Shown: positions 1-9,719 of the stretch, piece by piece
How positions within the stretch are numbered: position 1 is the first letter of the stretch
How the letters are laid out: each line of letters starts with the position of its first letter
DNA from: a virus
Direction: 5' to 3' (one strand)
Length of the DNA: 64,000 nucleotides
IMG/VR virus record: IMGVR_UViG_3300046535_001697
Location: 18,637 to 82,636 of that record
The notes under the pieces: generated by a model
What the model was told of the DNA's origin: nothing
The model's database searches: none
The model's input: only the letters and a program-made list of their open reading frames with translations
Made by a program: the position numbers and the translations under genes

Positions 1-518
1 GTCCACTGCGCGAGGCTGGTGGTGGCGACGACGGTGGAGCCGATCTGGGTGCCGTTGACCTTGACCCGGAGGTTGCCGGTCGATCCGGCGCCGGCGAGGA
101 TCCAGCCGGACGCGGCGAGCCTCGGGTTGCGGGTGTCGGCGTAGCCGCGCCAGAGGATCTCGTAGGCGGCGCTGGTGGTGGTGAGCATGTTGCCGGACTT
201 CGCCGGGTACATGGGCACGTCGAAGTAGGGGCGGGCGAGGCCTTGGCCGGCGGGGTCTTCGAGGATCAGGGTGTTGCCTGCGGCGTCGCGGACGAGGAGG
301 CCCTGCGGGTCGGCGCTGATCCACAGCCGGACGGTGGTGCCGTCCGCGGACAGGACCTGGATCGATCCGTTGCCGGTGATGGTGAGGGCGCCGGCGCCGA
401 TGCTCGCGGCTTCGAGGCGGCGGGCCGCCCGCAGCTCCTTGACGTCCTGCTGCAGCGCCTTGATGGCCTTCCAGATGTCGCCGGGTGCGGCGGGCAGCAT
501 CGCGGTGCGCAGGGGCAT
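1..518 (-). CDS. Minor tail protein (3' end runs off window)
   Basis: Read by hand: MPLRTAMLPAAPGDIWKAIKALQQDVKELRAARRLEAASIGAG...; ATG overlaps upstream TGA; N-terminal coiled coil typical of actinophage tail genes. Confidence 0.65.
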   Translation of the reverse strand, partial: MPLRTAMLPAAPGDIWKAIKALQQDVKELRAARRLEAASIGAGALTITGNGSIQVLSADGTTVRLWISADPQGLLVRDAAGNTLILEDPAGQGLARPYFDVPMYPAKSGNMLTTTSAAYEILWRGYADTRNPRLAASGWILAGAGSTGNLRVKVNGTQIGSTVVATTSLAQW

Positions 519-1603
519 CAGCTGTCCTCCAGGAGGATCGGGGAGAGCCGGTTGGCGCCGGGGTCGAGGTCCCAGCCGTAGGCGCGGGCGACGCGGTCGA
601 TGCCGAGCGGGTGCCGGGGGCTGGTGACGATCTGGACGCGGACGTTGTCGCCGAGGCCCCAGTCGCTGCCGACGTGGGGGGAGGCGGATGCGGCGGCGCT
701 GACGGTCCAGGAGCGGGTGCCGGTCTGCATGAGGGCGAGGGCTTCGGCGGCGTGCGCGTTGAGCTGGGTGGTGCTGGTGATGCCGGTGCCGGGGCTGGTG
801 CGGTAGTCCCAGCGGCACCAGCCGCCGAGGATCAGGGCGGAGGCGACCTGGGGTGTGGACAGGGCTCGGGTTGTGCCCTCGCCCTCGCCGGTGGCCAGGA
901 CCTCGGTGGCGCCCTTGCCGTCCTCGAAGGACTCGGTGAGTTCGTACTCCGTGATGTTGCCGGGCATGTCGAACACGGCTTCCGGCTGCGGGAGCTGGGT
1001 GCCGATGGCGGGGTGGATCCGGGTGACGAGCTGCACCTGGGTCTGGGCGGCGTCCGCCCACACGGTGTCGATGGTGAGCTCCGGCGCGCCTGCCATACCG
1101 GCGAGGGTCTGCACCTGGGAGAGCACGGTCTTGTCGTCGCCGTCGGCGGTGGCGTAGTCCATCGTCGTGCCGGAGGCGACGGTGTCGAGGACCAGGGGCG
1201 GGCCGTCGGTCAGGGCGGGGGTGACGAGGGCGGCCATGATGCTGGACAGGTCGGTGGCGGCGGCGGTGTAGCTGCCGGGGTAGCGGCGGCCGAGGTAGCA
1301 CTCGGGGGTGGCTGCGGCGAGCTGCAGCTGGTCGGAGGATCCGCCCTTGCGGGTCAGGGTGATGCCGGACCAGATCGGCTGGCTGGTGGCGGTGTCGACG
1401 GCGACCAGCAGGGTGCGGCCCGGATCGGTCGCGGACTCCCATTCGCGGGGGGCGCCCGAGATGGACATGCCGAACGTGGTGCTGGTGACGCCGACCAGGC
1501 GCCGGCCGATGACCTGGCTGGGGGTGAGGGACCGCAGCTCCTCGGCGACCCGGCCGGACTTGAGGTCGCACGCCAACCAGGCCAGCTCGACCGGTGCGCG
1601 CAT
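518..1603 (-). CDS. Minor tail / baseplate hub-like protein
   Basis: 361 aa, IWSG motif, position downstream of distal tail gene, coupled start/stop. Confidence 0.65.
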   Translation of the reverse strand: MRAPVELAWLACDLKSGRVAEELRSLTPSQVIGRRLVGVTSTTFGMSISGAPREWESATDPGRTLLVAVDTATSQPIWSGITLTRKGGSSDQLQLAAATPECYLGRRYPGSYTAAATDLSSIMAALVTPALTDGPPLVLDTVASGTTMDYATADGDDKTVLSQVQTLAGMAGAPELTIDTVWADAAQTQVQLVTRIHPAIGTQLPQPEAVFDMPGNITEYELTESFEDGKGATEVLATGEGEGTTRALSTPQVASALILGGWCRWDYRTSPGTGITSTTQLNAHAAEALALMQTGTRSWTVSAAASASPHVGSDWGLGDNVRVQIVTSPRHPLGIDRVARAYGWDLDPGANRLSPILLEDS

Positions 1604-2652
1604 CAGGCGGCCTCGTAGCTGAAGTCGACGACCGCGCGGTCGCTGACGGCCCAGGTGAAGGGCACGTTGAGGTTGCTGTTGGCGCCCGCGTTACCGGCGC
1701 CGGTGGGGGTGAGCAGGCGCATCACCGACTCCCCGTCGTTGATCCACGGGGTGCCGATCGCGGCGAAGCCACCGGAATTGTCGTAGGCCGAGAAGCTGCC
1801 GGCGATGCTCATCTGGTAGCTGCTGCGGCCAGCCACGGGCAGGGTCCAGGTCCAGGCACCCGTGCCGAAAGTCGTCGTGGAGCCGGCCACCATCCGGATG
1901 TTGCCCAGCACGGTCTTGCCGATGATGGTGTAGCGGGCGCTGATGTTGCCGTTGCCGATGGCCGGGTTGGTGCCGGTCGCGCACGCCCACGTCGGGGTGA
2001 AGGCCTGCCAGTCGCCCTGGGCGACCCACGCGGATCCGGTCCAGAACTCGGGCAGGCCCCGCACCGTGTTGTAGCGGGTCTGGCCGACGTAGGCACCGGA
2101 GATGGCGATGTCGGCGGCGCTGGAGACGGGCAGGATCCCGCCGGGGGCGACGGTGACCTGCCGCGCGGCGCTGGAGACGGTGGCCGAGCCGGTGCCACCG
2201 GCGCCGGTGTTCGGCACGGTGATGGTGGCCAGCGGGATGTAAATCTCGGTGCCACCCGGGGACGGTGCGACCGGCGAGCCGGACGGCGTGCCGACCAGGT
2301 ACACGGTGTCGGCCTTGCGCAGGCCGGACGCGTCGACCGCGGTGTCCCAGACCCGCAGGTACACCAGGTCGATGCGGGAGAATGTCGCGTTGGCGGCGGA
2401 CAGCGTGCCCGGGGACGACGCGGCGAGCTGCGCCCGGTACAGGCCCTGGCCGGACTTGTAGATGGTGGCGCTGCCGGCGGAGACGTTGACGGTGGTGCCG
2501 GCGAGGGTGACCGTGAGGCCCGGGTCGCCGGGGCGGATGCCGGCGCGGGCGCCCTGCGCGGTGCCGTCGGACATGACGAGCGGGAGGTCCATCTTGCGGA
2601 GTTCGGTCTCGTCGTAGCTGATGCTGGGCAGCCACAGGGGATCGGTGGGCAT
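1603..2652 (-). CDS. Minor tail / tail fibre protein
   Basis: 349 aa, 'SRIDLVYLRVWD...IPLATITVP' baseplate-attachment-like N-terminus, beta-rich C-terminus. Confidence 0.65.
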   Translation of the reverse strand: MPTDPLWLPSISYDETELRKMDLPLVMSDGTAQGARAGIRPGDPGLTVTLAGTTVNVSAGSATIYKSGQGLYRAQLAASSPGTLSAANATFSRIDLVYLRVWDTAVDASGLRKADTVYLVGTPSGSPVAPSPGGTEIYIPLATITVPNTGAGGTGSATVSSAARQVTVAPGGILPVSSAADIAISGAYVGQTRYNTVRGLPEFWTGSAWVAQGDWQAFTPTWACATGTNPAIGNGNISARYTIIGKTVLGNIRMVAGSTTTFGTGAWTWTLPVAGRSSYQMSIAGSFSAYDNSGGFAAIGTPWINDGESVMRLLTPTGAGNAGANSNLNVPFTWAVSDRAVVDFSYEAA

Positions 2653-2664
2653 CTCGGCTCCTCT

Positions 2665-3531
2665 CTACAGCCAGGCGGCGCGGCAGGTGCCGGTGAGCAG
2701 GGCGGCGGGGTCGTAGGACGACGCTGACCACAGGAAGGTCAGCTGGCTGCCGGCGGGGATCTCCGGCCAGGTGCCGGAGAGGTAGCGGCGGCGGCTGGTG
2801 GTGCCGTTGAGGATGACGCTGTGCGCATCGCAGTCGATGACGAGGACCTCGCCGGCCTGGAGGGTGTCGGCGTAGGCGAGCTGGGTGACGGTGCCGTCCG
2901 GGCGCTGGGCGAGGATCGTCGGTGAGGCGACCGGCCCGGTGATGGTGAGGACCGGCCGGGTCGCGGCCGTTCCCGGGTTGGTGAGGACGACGGAGCCGGA
3001 CACGGTGGTCGCGGTGATCGTGATCGGCAGTGTGATCGGCAGGCTGAGGCCGCCGGACACCGACGGCAGGCCCACGCTCTGGGACTGCAGCGTGGTCGCG
3101 TACTTGCGCGGGTCGGCGGCGGTCAGCAGGACCGAGTAGTTGGCGATGCGGTCGGTGGGCCGGTCGATCAGGACCCGGCCCGACCGGCGGACCGTGCACT
3201 GCCTGGGGGTGGTCTCGTAGACGACGAGCAGCGTGTCGTCGAGGGATGCGGCGGCCTGGAGGCTGTCGAGTGCAGCCTCCAGGGTTGCCTGGTCCGGGGC
3301 GACGATGGCGCCGCCCGCGGTGAGCACCCGGGACTGGAGGTACGCCTTGCCGGCCCAGGAGCCGTGGTCGGCCTGCCGGTCCGAGTACGAGGTGCGGACA
3401 TCGGGGCTGTCCCAGCCGTCGAGCTTGGACAGGCCCCAGGCGGTGCCGGCGCCGTCCACCGCCCCGAGGCGGACGGCGCCGAGGTCGGCCTGGATCCCGC
3501 CGAGGGACGCACCGGGGGTGTAACCGGCCAC
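2665..3531 (-). CDS. Distal tail protein (Dit-like)
   Basis: 288 aa directly after tape measure; 'LTAADPRKY', 'NPGTAATRP' motifs. Confidence 0.7.
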   Translation of the reverse strand: MAGYTPGASLGGIQADLGAVRLGAVDGAGTAWGLSKLDGWDSPDVRTSYSDRQADHGSWAGKAYLQSRVLTAGGAIVAPDQATLEAALDSLQAAASLDDTLLVVYETTPRQCTVRRSGRVLIDRPTDRIANYSVLLTAADPRKYATTLQSQSVGLPSVSGGLSLPITLPITITATTVSGSVVLTNPGTAATRPVLTITGPVASPTILAQRPDGTVTQLAYADTLQAGEVLVIDCDAHSVILNGTTSRRRYLSGTWPEIPAGSQLTFLWSASSYDPAALLTGTCRAAWL

Positions 3532-3547
3532 GCGGGCCCCCTCTCTT

Positions 3548-6500
3548 TCAGCTGACGGTCTCCAGGTGCCGCAGCACGTCGGCGAGTTGCTCCTGCGCGG
3601 ACTGCTTCGCCCCGTGCAGGTGGACGTGCTGGGTGCGGGACTGGTCGTAGGTGGCGCCGGATCCCCCCGCGCCGACGAGCTGCCGGGCGGGGATGAGGTC
3701 CCGCCCCAGCGGGGCGAGCTGCATCCCGAACCGCTCGGCGACTTGGGCGAGGATGCTCATGGAGCGGTCCCGCTTGCCCGGGGCGAGCGGGATGTAGGCC
3801 TCGCCGCCGGTCTCCGGTTCGGCCCACAGTCGCCAGGCGCCCGCAGGGGCGATCTGGGCGACGTGGTGCTCGCCGCCGGAGGCGAAGGAGCGGATGCCGC
3901 CCTGTCCGTAGCGGACGATGCCGCCGTCGGCCTCGGCGAGGCGGGCTTGGCCCTTGCCGCCGACGAAGATGGTCTCGCCGGTGATGGTGACCCGGACGGT
4001 GCGGCCCGTGATCCCGTTGATCATGTGTTGGATCGAGGTGGCCCCGTCGAAGGCGTCGTTCGTCGGCACGGTGACGCGGACCTTGCCGTTCGGCAGGTGG
4101 GTGACGGTGTACCCGATGGCTTCCAGGTCGCCGATGGCCTGCTCGTTGGGGGCCTTGACGTCGATGTGCTTGCCCGGCGGGACGTCCTCGACGGCCTTCT
4201 TGACGGCCTGCAGGTCGGCGATCGTCTTCAGCGCCTCGGGGTCGGTGACCTTGGTGGCCACCGTCTCGGGCACAGAGGCGTAGGCCGCGGTCAGGGAGTC
4301 GATCTGGTCCTTGGTGAAGTGGGCCTGCTGCATCGTCTGCTTGAGCATGTCGATGTCGTGGCCGAGGACGATGTTCGCTTCCTCGGTCGACCCGGTCTGC
4401 TTGGACACCGCCTCGGCGTGCTTCATGGCCGCCTCGGCCGCACTGAGGAAGGCGTCCTTGACGTTGCGGCCCTTCTCGGTGGTGATGTCCAGGCTGGTGC
4501 CGTTCTCCTGCACGGTCTTCTTGAGGTCGGCGAGCGAGGACTGCATGCTGATGGCGGCCTTGGTGGCGTCGATGTTCTTGCCGTTGAGGCCGTCCAGGGC
4601 GTCGGAGAGCTTCTCCGTCTCGGACCGGGTGTCCTTCATGTCGTCGGCCGTGGCGGTGGCCGCGCTTCCCAGCGCCTTCGTGCTGCCAGCCGCGTCCGCG
4701 GAGGCCTCGCCCTCGCGCTGCGCGGCCGCCACGGCACTGTTGACCTGCGGATTGAGGGACTTCAGGGCATCCTCGACCGAGGTGACCGACTTGCCGAGGT
4801 CGTCCTGCCCCGAGTTGGCGTCGCCGGCTGCCTGGGCGTAGTCCAGGGCGGCCTGCTTGGCCGGGCCGAGCTGGGCATTGACCCGCTTGAGGGCGTCCTC
4901 GTTGCCGAGGATCGCCGCAGTCAGGTCGGCGGTGTTGATCCCGAGGTCCTGCGCGGCCTTCAGCGCGCCGCGGGTCTCCAACTCGTGGGCCACCCACGCC
5001 TTCGTGTTGGAGCCGACTGCGGCGCCGTCCGCCTTAACCGCCGCGGTGAGGTCCTCGGTCTGCTTCTTCGCGTCCGAGTTCGCCCCGCCGAAGATGCCCA
5101 GCGCCACTGTGGCCACCGTGAGGGCGATCCCGAGCGGGCCCAGCGCGCGCATCGTGAGTGAGGCCGCGGTGGCCATCCGTGGCATCGTCGTTGCCAGTGT
5201 CGCGAGGGAGGTCTGGAAGGCGGCGATGCGCGGCAGCAGCAGCAGGAAGCCGCCGCCGACCACCGCGAGTGCGCCGCCGAGAAGGAGCAGGCCTGCGGCC
5301 GACGCCTGGGCCCAACCGGGCAGCGCCGCGTAGGCGGTAACGACCGCGTTGACCGTCTGGACCATCTCGCGGAGGATCTTGTTCGCCTCCGTGCCCGACT
5401 GGATCAGGGCCACCTCCAGGCTGCCCTTGAGGTACTGGAGGTCACCGGCGAGATTGTTCATCTGGACACCGGCCATCCTCGCGGCGGCCCCGTTGTCATC
5501 GACCGCCTTGCGGTACTCGGTGATGCCCAGCGAGCCCTGCTCGTACAGGATCGAGGCGGCACGGACCGCGTCCGAGCCGAAAATAATGCCCATGGCGGAG
5601 TTGCGGGCCTCGGGGGTAAGCGTGGCGAAGGAGCGCTGCATGCGGGCGGACAGCTCGGTCAGGCCAACGAAGTTGCCCTGCGCGTCGTACGCACTGAAGT
5701 TGAGCTTGGCCATCATGTTCGCGGCCTCGGTGGACTGCGGGGTCAACCTCTGCAGCATGGTTTTGAGGCTGGTACCGGCGTCAGAGCCGATCAAAGCATG
5801 ATCGGCAAAAGCGGACAGGACAGCGACCGTGTCCTCCAGGGACAGGCCCGTCTGGTGCGCGAGCAGGCCGCCCATGCGCAGGGACTCGCCAAGTCCGTGC
5901 ACGTCGGACGCCGACTTGTTGGCGCCGGCCGCCAGGACATCGGCGATGTGCGTGACGTCCGCGCCCTTCAGCCCAAACGTATTCATGGCCTGCGCCGCAA
6001 TGGTGGCGCTCTCGCCAAGGCTCAGCTGCCCGGCCGCAGCGAGCGAGAGGGCACCGGTGAGCGCACCTCCGACGATGTCCGACACCGAGACACCCGCGCG
6101 CGCAAGCTCACCCTCCGCGTCGGCTGCCTGACTGGCGGTGAATGCCGTGTCACGTCCCGCGGCCAGGGCCGCATCGCGGAGCTGGGCCATCTGCTCGGAC
6201 GTGGCATCGGCGACCGCACCCACGCCCGACATGGCCTTCTCGAAGCGCGCCGCCTCAAACGACGCGGCCGCGAACATGGCGAGCATGGCGAGGCCGGCCG
6301 TGCGGATGCCGGTGAGCGACTTCTCGGCCTGCGTGCCCGCAGCAGCGAGCCGCGTGAACGAGGACGTCTGGGCGGCGGCGCCCGCGGCCAGACCGGTCTG
6401 CTGGGCGATAAGCGCCTGACTGACAGCCAGCCGGTTCGCCAGCGACAGCTGGGTGCCCGCGGCGGCCGCAGCCGTCGCGGCGGTCATCCGCCCATCGGCC

Positions 6501-7189
6501 GCGACAACCGCCGCCGCCGCCGCCGTGGCCGACGTGGCAATGCCCTCCGAAGCGCGCGCAGCGATGGTGGCCGCCGACGCGAACGCGGTCGGCACACCGG
6601 CGGTGACCTCGGTCAGGCGCGCCATCCCGGTGGTGGCGGTCTGGGAGGCGGCCGCGGTCCGGGTGAACGCTGCGCCCTGCACGGCCGCACTGGACGTGGT
6701 GGCCGCCGCGAGGGTGGTCTGCTGGGCGACGAGGGCCTGACCGGCGACCAGGCGCTGCGCGAGGGAGGCCTGCATGCCGGTCGCGGCCGCAACGGACGCC
6801 TCCGACATGCGGGTCTCCGCGGCGACCACCGAGTTCGCCGCCGCGGTCGCGGAGGTGGCCATACCTCCAAGGGCCCGCTCGGTCAGAGTGGCCGCCGAAG
6901 CGAACGCCGTCGGCACACCCTCCGCGGCCTCCGCGAGCCGGGCCACGCTCCCCGATGTCGCCCGCACCGACTCCTGCGTCGCCCGGCCGGAGGCCTGAGC
7001 AACCGCCGCGGTGCGCTCCATGGCCCGCTGCGAGGCGACCGCCGCCGACTGGAACGCGTTCTGCTGCTCCGTGCCGGCCACGGTCGCGGCCTGCCCGACC
7101 CGCCGCATGGACTGCTCGGACTGGACCGCCGTCCGCTGCGCCCCGGAGTTGTCGAGATTGAGGCGGACGTTGACGGTGCGGTCAGTCAC
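3548..7189 (-). CDS. Tape measure protein (TP901-type core)
   Basis: ~1213 aa Ala-rich helical protein; GTG start with GGAGAAG RBS; core 'FEKAMSGV...GSDAGTSLKTMLQRL'; C-terminal 'WAEPETGGEAYIPL'. Confidence 0.92.
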   Translation of the reverse strand: MTDRTVNVRLNLDNSGAQRTAVQSEQSMRRVGQAATVAGTEQQNAFQSAAVASQRAMERTAAVAQASGRATQESVRATSGSVARLAEAAEGVPTAFASAATLTERALGGMATSATAAANSVVAAETRMSEASVAAATGMQASLAQRLVAGQALVAQQTTLAAATTSSAAVQGAAFTRTAAASQTATTGMARLTEVTAGVPTAFASAATIAARASEGIATSATAAAAAVVAADGRMTAATAAAAAGTQLSLANRLAVSQALIAQQTGLAAGAAAQTSSFTRLAAAGTQAEKSLTGIRTAGLAMLAMFAAASFEAARFEKAMSGVGAVADATSEQMAQLRDAALAAGRDTAFTASQAADAEGELARAGVSVSDIVGGALTGALSLAAAGQLSLGESATIAAQAMNTFGLKGADVTHIADVLAAGANKSASDVHGLGESLRMGGLLAHQTGLSLEDTVAVLSAFADHALIGSDAGTSLKTMLQRLTPQSTEAANMMAKLNFSAYDAQGNFVGLTELSARMQRSFATLTPEARNSAMGIIFGSDAVRAASILYEQGSLGITEYRKAVDDNGAAARMAGVQMNNLAGDLQYLKGSLEVALIQSGTEANKILREMVQTVNAVVTAYAALPGWAQASAAGLLLLGGALAVVGGGFLLLLPRIAAFQTSLATLATTMPRMATAASLTMRALGPLGIALTVATVALGIFGGANSDAKKQTEDLTAAVKADGAAVGSNTKAWVAHELETRGALKAAQDLGINTADLTAAILGNEDALKRVNAQLGPAKQAALDYAQAAGDANSGQDDLGKSVTSVEDALKSLNPQVNSAVAAAQREGEASADAAGSTKALGSAATATADDMKDTRSETEKLSDALDGLNGKNIDATKAAISMQSSLADLKKTVQENGTSLDITTEKGRNVKDAFLSAAEAAMKHAEAVSKQTGSTEEANIVLGHDIDMLKQTMQQAHFTKDQIDSLTAAYASVPETVATKVTDPEALKTIADLQAVKKAVEDVPPGKHIDVKAPNEQAIGDLEAIGYTVTHLPNGKVRVTVPTNDAFDGATSIQHMINGITGRTVRVTITGETIFVGGKGQARLAEADGGIVRYGQGGIRSFASGGEHHVAQIAPAGAWRLWAEPETGGEAYIPLAPGKRDRSMSILAQVAERFGMQLAPLGRDLIPARQLVGAGGSGATYDQSRTQHVHLHGAKQSAQEQLADVLRHLETVS

Positions 7190-7551
7190 GGCTTCTCCTC
7201 CCGGTGGACGTGGATGTTCAGGCCGTGCTGGTCGCCGCCGGCCTTCTGCCACTGCTCGGCGTGGCGGCTGCCGGCGGCGCAGGCGTGGCAGCGCAGGACC
7301 TCGGGGGTCCACTGGAACTCGAGGTCCGGGCTTGTCGATTCGGACAGGGGGTTGCCGCAGCCGCGGCAGGTCTCCTCCTCGACGACGAGGAGGGCCATGG
7401 CCCAGGCCCGGTCGTCGTCGAGCCACAGCGGCTCCCCCGGGCCGGGCAGCGGCCGGCCGAGGAAGACGGAGCGGGGCACGGACCAGGCCCGGGCGGCCTC
7501 TACCTCTCGCCGGTGCTGGCGGCTGTTGCGGAGGCGAGCAGCGAGAAAGGG
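7186..7551 (-). CDS. Tail assembly chaperone, -1 frameshift extension (gpT-like part)
   Basis: Open -1 frame 'PFLAARLRNS...CRGCG...CHAC' entered at slippery CCCTTTC; lies between chaperone and tape measure. Confidence 0.75.
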   Translation of the reverse strand, partial: PFLAARLRNSRQHRREVEAARAWSVPRSVFLGRPLPGPGEPLWLDDDRAWAMALLVVEEETCRGCGNPLSESTSPDLEFQWTPEVLRCHACAAGSRHAEQWQKAGGDQHGLNIHVHREEKP

Positions 7552-8033
7552 ACCTTGGACACCGCCTGGGTGTTGAGGTCCCAGACGGCGTTGACGAGGG
7601 CTTCCTGCTGGCCGTAGGTGAGGCGCTCGGCGAGGCGGCCGTACTGCTCGACGGTCATGGCCGGTTCGACGGCGCAGGCGGCGACGGCGGCGGGGGCGAG
7701 TGTGTCGGGGTTGAACAGCTGCCCGTCGCGGCCGGGGTGTTCGGCCAGCAGGTCGGACCACTGGGTGGGGCTGATGGCCCGGAACCGGAAGTGGACGAGC
7801 TGGTCGGCCATCTCGGCGCGGATGGCCTCCATGCGCTGGGCGATCGGTACCCGCGGGTTGCCCGCGAGGGAGTCGCCGACCATGGAGGCCGCGTCGGTGA
7901 GCTGCCGCTCGAGGGCCTCGTACTCGCCCTGGAGGTCGCCGGCCAGGCACAGCGGGACGGTGGTCTCGCGGGGCTTGGCGCTGCCGATGATGGCTTCGAT
8001 GTCCGGGACGGCCGGGTTGCGCTTCTGGGGCAT
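7500..8033 (-). CDS. Tail assembly chaperone (gpG-like)
   Basis: MPQKRNPAVPDIEAII...; follows major tail gene; slippery heptamer near 3' end. Confidence 0.8.
   Translation of the reverse strand: MPQKRNPAVPDIEAIIGSAKPRETTVPLCLAGDLQGEYEALERQLTDAASMVGDSLAGNPRVPIAQRMEAIRAEMADQLVHFRFRAISPTQWSDLLAEHPGRDGQLFNPDTLAPAAVAACAVEPAMTVEQYGRLAERLTYGQQEALVNAVWDLNTQAVSKVPFSLLASATAASTGER
7545..7551 (-). promoter_or_regulatory. Programmed -1 ribosomal frameshift site C CCT TTC
   Basis: X XXY YYZ heptamer in the chaperone reading phase; -1 frame stays open to 7186. Confidence 0.75.
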
Positions 8034-8512
8034 CAGGCCACCGACGCGTTCGTCGCCGGCGGGCTGTAGACCATCATCGGCGAGGTGAACTTCAGCACCT
8101 CGTTGGGTGCGGAAGGCTTGTTCATGCGCTCGCCGCACACGGTCGGGTAGACCTCGACCTGCTGGCCGGTGGTCCACGCGGTGGTGTAGGTGACGGCGCG
8201 GCGCACGATGAGGTAGCCGCGGGTTCCCTTGACCAGGGTGGTGTAGGGCAGGTCCTCGGCGCCGGTGGTGCCGCGCTTGAGGGTGAGCTCGTTGGCGAAC
8301 TTGGTGCGGCCGACGTCCTCGGTGTCGTACGTCGAGGCGAGCGAGCTGGTGTCGACCGAGGCGGTGGTGGGGTCGGTCTTGAGGCCGTCGGGGGTGACGC
8401 GGGTGGTGAAGTCCAGGGCCGCGTTGAGCTCGGTGGTGGTGGGGGCGTTGATGTTGGCGATGCTCGTGGCCCAGACCACCCGGGTCTGGCCGTCGCCGAT
8501 GAGGTCGGACAT
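8033..8512 (-). CDS. Major tail tube protein
   Basis: 159 aa, 'IANINAPTTTELNAA...GYLIVRR...VEVYP', characteristic of actinophage tail tube proteins. Confidence 0.85.
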   Translation of the reverse strand: MSDLIGDGQTRVVWATSIANINAPTTTELNAALDFTTRVTPDGLKTDPTTASVDTSSLASTYDTEDVGRTKFANELTLKRGTTGAEDLPYTTLVKGTRGYLIVRRAVTYTTAWTTGQQVEVYPTVCGERMNKPSAPNEVLKFTSPMMVYSPPATNASVA

Positions 8513-8582
8513 GCGTGCCCTCCTGGGCGTGAGAAAACCCCCGGACCCGGTGCGGGTGCGAGGGCTTGGGTGGGGGTCTGGG

Positions 8583-8912
8583 TCAGATGCGGATCAGGGC
8601 GACGGTGACGCTCGTCGTCGACGAGTACGTGACCGCGCAGGTGCCGTCGGCCGGGTTGGCGAACAGCTCGGCCGGGATCGGGCCGATCATCTTGTCGCCG
8701 GTGGTGGCGGGCACGGTGACGACGGTGTCGGCCGCGCCCTGGCCGCGGACCTTGGCGGTGGCGGTCAGGGTCACCGTCATGGACGAGCCGTTGGTGTTCT
8801 TGACGTGCAGGAAGATGTGCTCGCCGCACGGCACCGTGGTGCTCGCGGCGGCGGCCGAGTAGGTGGGGGCCGTACCGGCAATGGTCACGACCTGGGGCTG
8901 CAGCAGAGCCAT
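8583..8912 (-). CDS. Small virion structural protein
   Basis: 109 aa beta/Thr-rich ORF in neck-tail cluster. Confidence 0.55.
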   Translation of the reverse strand: MALLQPQVVTIAGTAPTYSAAAASTTVPCGEHIFLHVKNTNGSSMTVTLTATAKVRGQGAADTVVTVPATTGDKMIGPIPAELFANPADGTCAVTYSSTTSVTVALIRI

Positions 8913-8925
8913 CGGGGGTCTCCGT

Positions 8926-9336
8926 TCAGGCGGATAGGGAGCGAAGCCGGTACTGCACCGGCAGGTACCACAGGGGCTTGGTCAGGTCGTCGTCGCGCTG
9001 TTCGGGCGGCCCGCCGAGGAGTTCCGGCTTCCAGCAGGCGCGCCCGTCGACCGTGAGCGGGTCGGCGAGGGCGGCGGCGACCCGGTCCCTGGTCCCGATG
9101 GCGCCCTCGGCGGTGGTGGCCACGCACGTGACCTGCACCAGGAGGTCCAGCACGGTGCGGTCGTCGGCCAGGGAGGCCGCCTCGACCGTGCCCGGGGCGG
9201 AGTACAGCACCGCGTAGGTCTTGGGCAGCGGGTCCGGGCCGCGGGGCGCACCGGCGAGGTAGACGGTCAGCGGGACGGCCTCGAGGACCGCGGTGACGGC
9301 GGCGATGTGCGGCAGGACCTCGGGCGCGGTGGTCAC
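8926..9336 (-). CDS. Tail terminator-like protein
   Basis: 136 aa, 'YAVLY...QVTCVA', synteny. Confidence 0.65.
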   Translation of the reverse strand: MTTAPEVLPHIAAVTAVLEAVPLTVYLAGAPRGPDPLPKTYAVLYSAPGTVEAASLADDRTVLDLLVQVTCVATTAEGAIGTRDRVAAALADPLTVDGRACWKPELLGGPPEQRDDDLTKPLWYLPVQYRLRSLSA

Positions 9337-9719
9337 AGGAGGTCACCCCCGAGCTGTTCGACCGCGGCGATGAACCGCGGTTCTTCGGCGGCGAGGGCGC
9401 GGCCGCCGTCGTTGTGCGGCGGGTTGTGGGCGGAGCCGTACTCGAGCAAGTTGCCGAGCGGGCCCTGGGGGCCGGCCTTGTCGGGTCCGATGACGGCGCC
9501 GACGCCGACGCCCGGGATGGTGACCGGGTCGTCGTAGCCGATGGACAGCGGGTACAGGCGGGCGTGGGCGCCTGCGGTGGCGCGGGCGTTGGCCCGCCAG
9601 TCCCGCTTGATGTTGAGGGCGCCGCGGGCGACGACCTGGCGGCAGCGCTCGTCGAGGGTGGCTGCGGCCCGGGCGAGGTCGGCGGCGAACGCCTCGAGTT
9701 CCCTGATGTCCGCGGTCAT
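9333..9719 (-). CDS. HK97 gp10-like neck protein
   Basis: 'GALNIKRDWR...LGNLLEYGS' motif; ATG at 9719 overlaps upstream stop. Confidence 0.7.
   Translation of the reverse strand: MTADIRELEAFAADLARAAATLDERCRQVVARGALNIKRDWRANARATAGAHARLYPLSIGYDDPVTIPGVGVGAVIGPDKAGPQGPLGNLLEYGSAHNPPHNDGGRALAAEEPRFIAAVEQLGGDLL

Noticed and set aside
7190-7426. Extended N-terminus of tape measure ORF
   Set aside because: Overlaps the chaperone extension; RBS and GTG at 7189 give the likely start.
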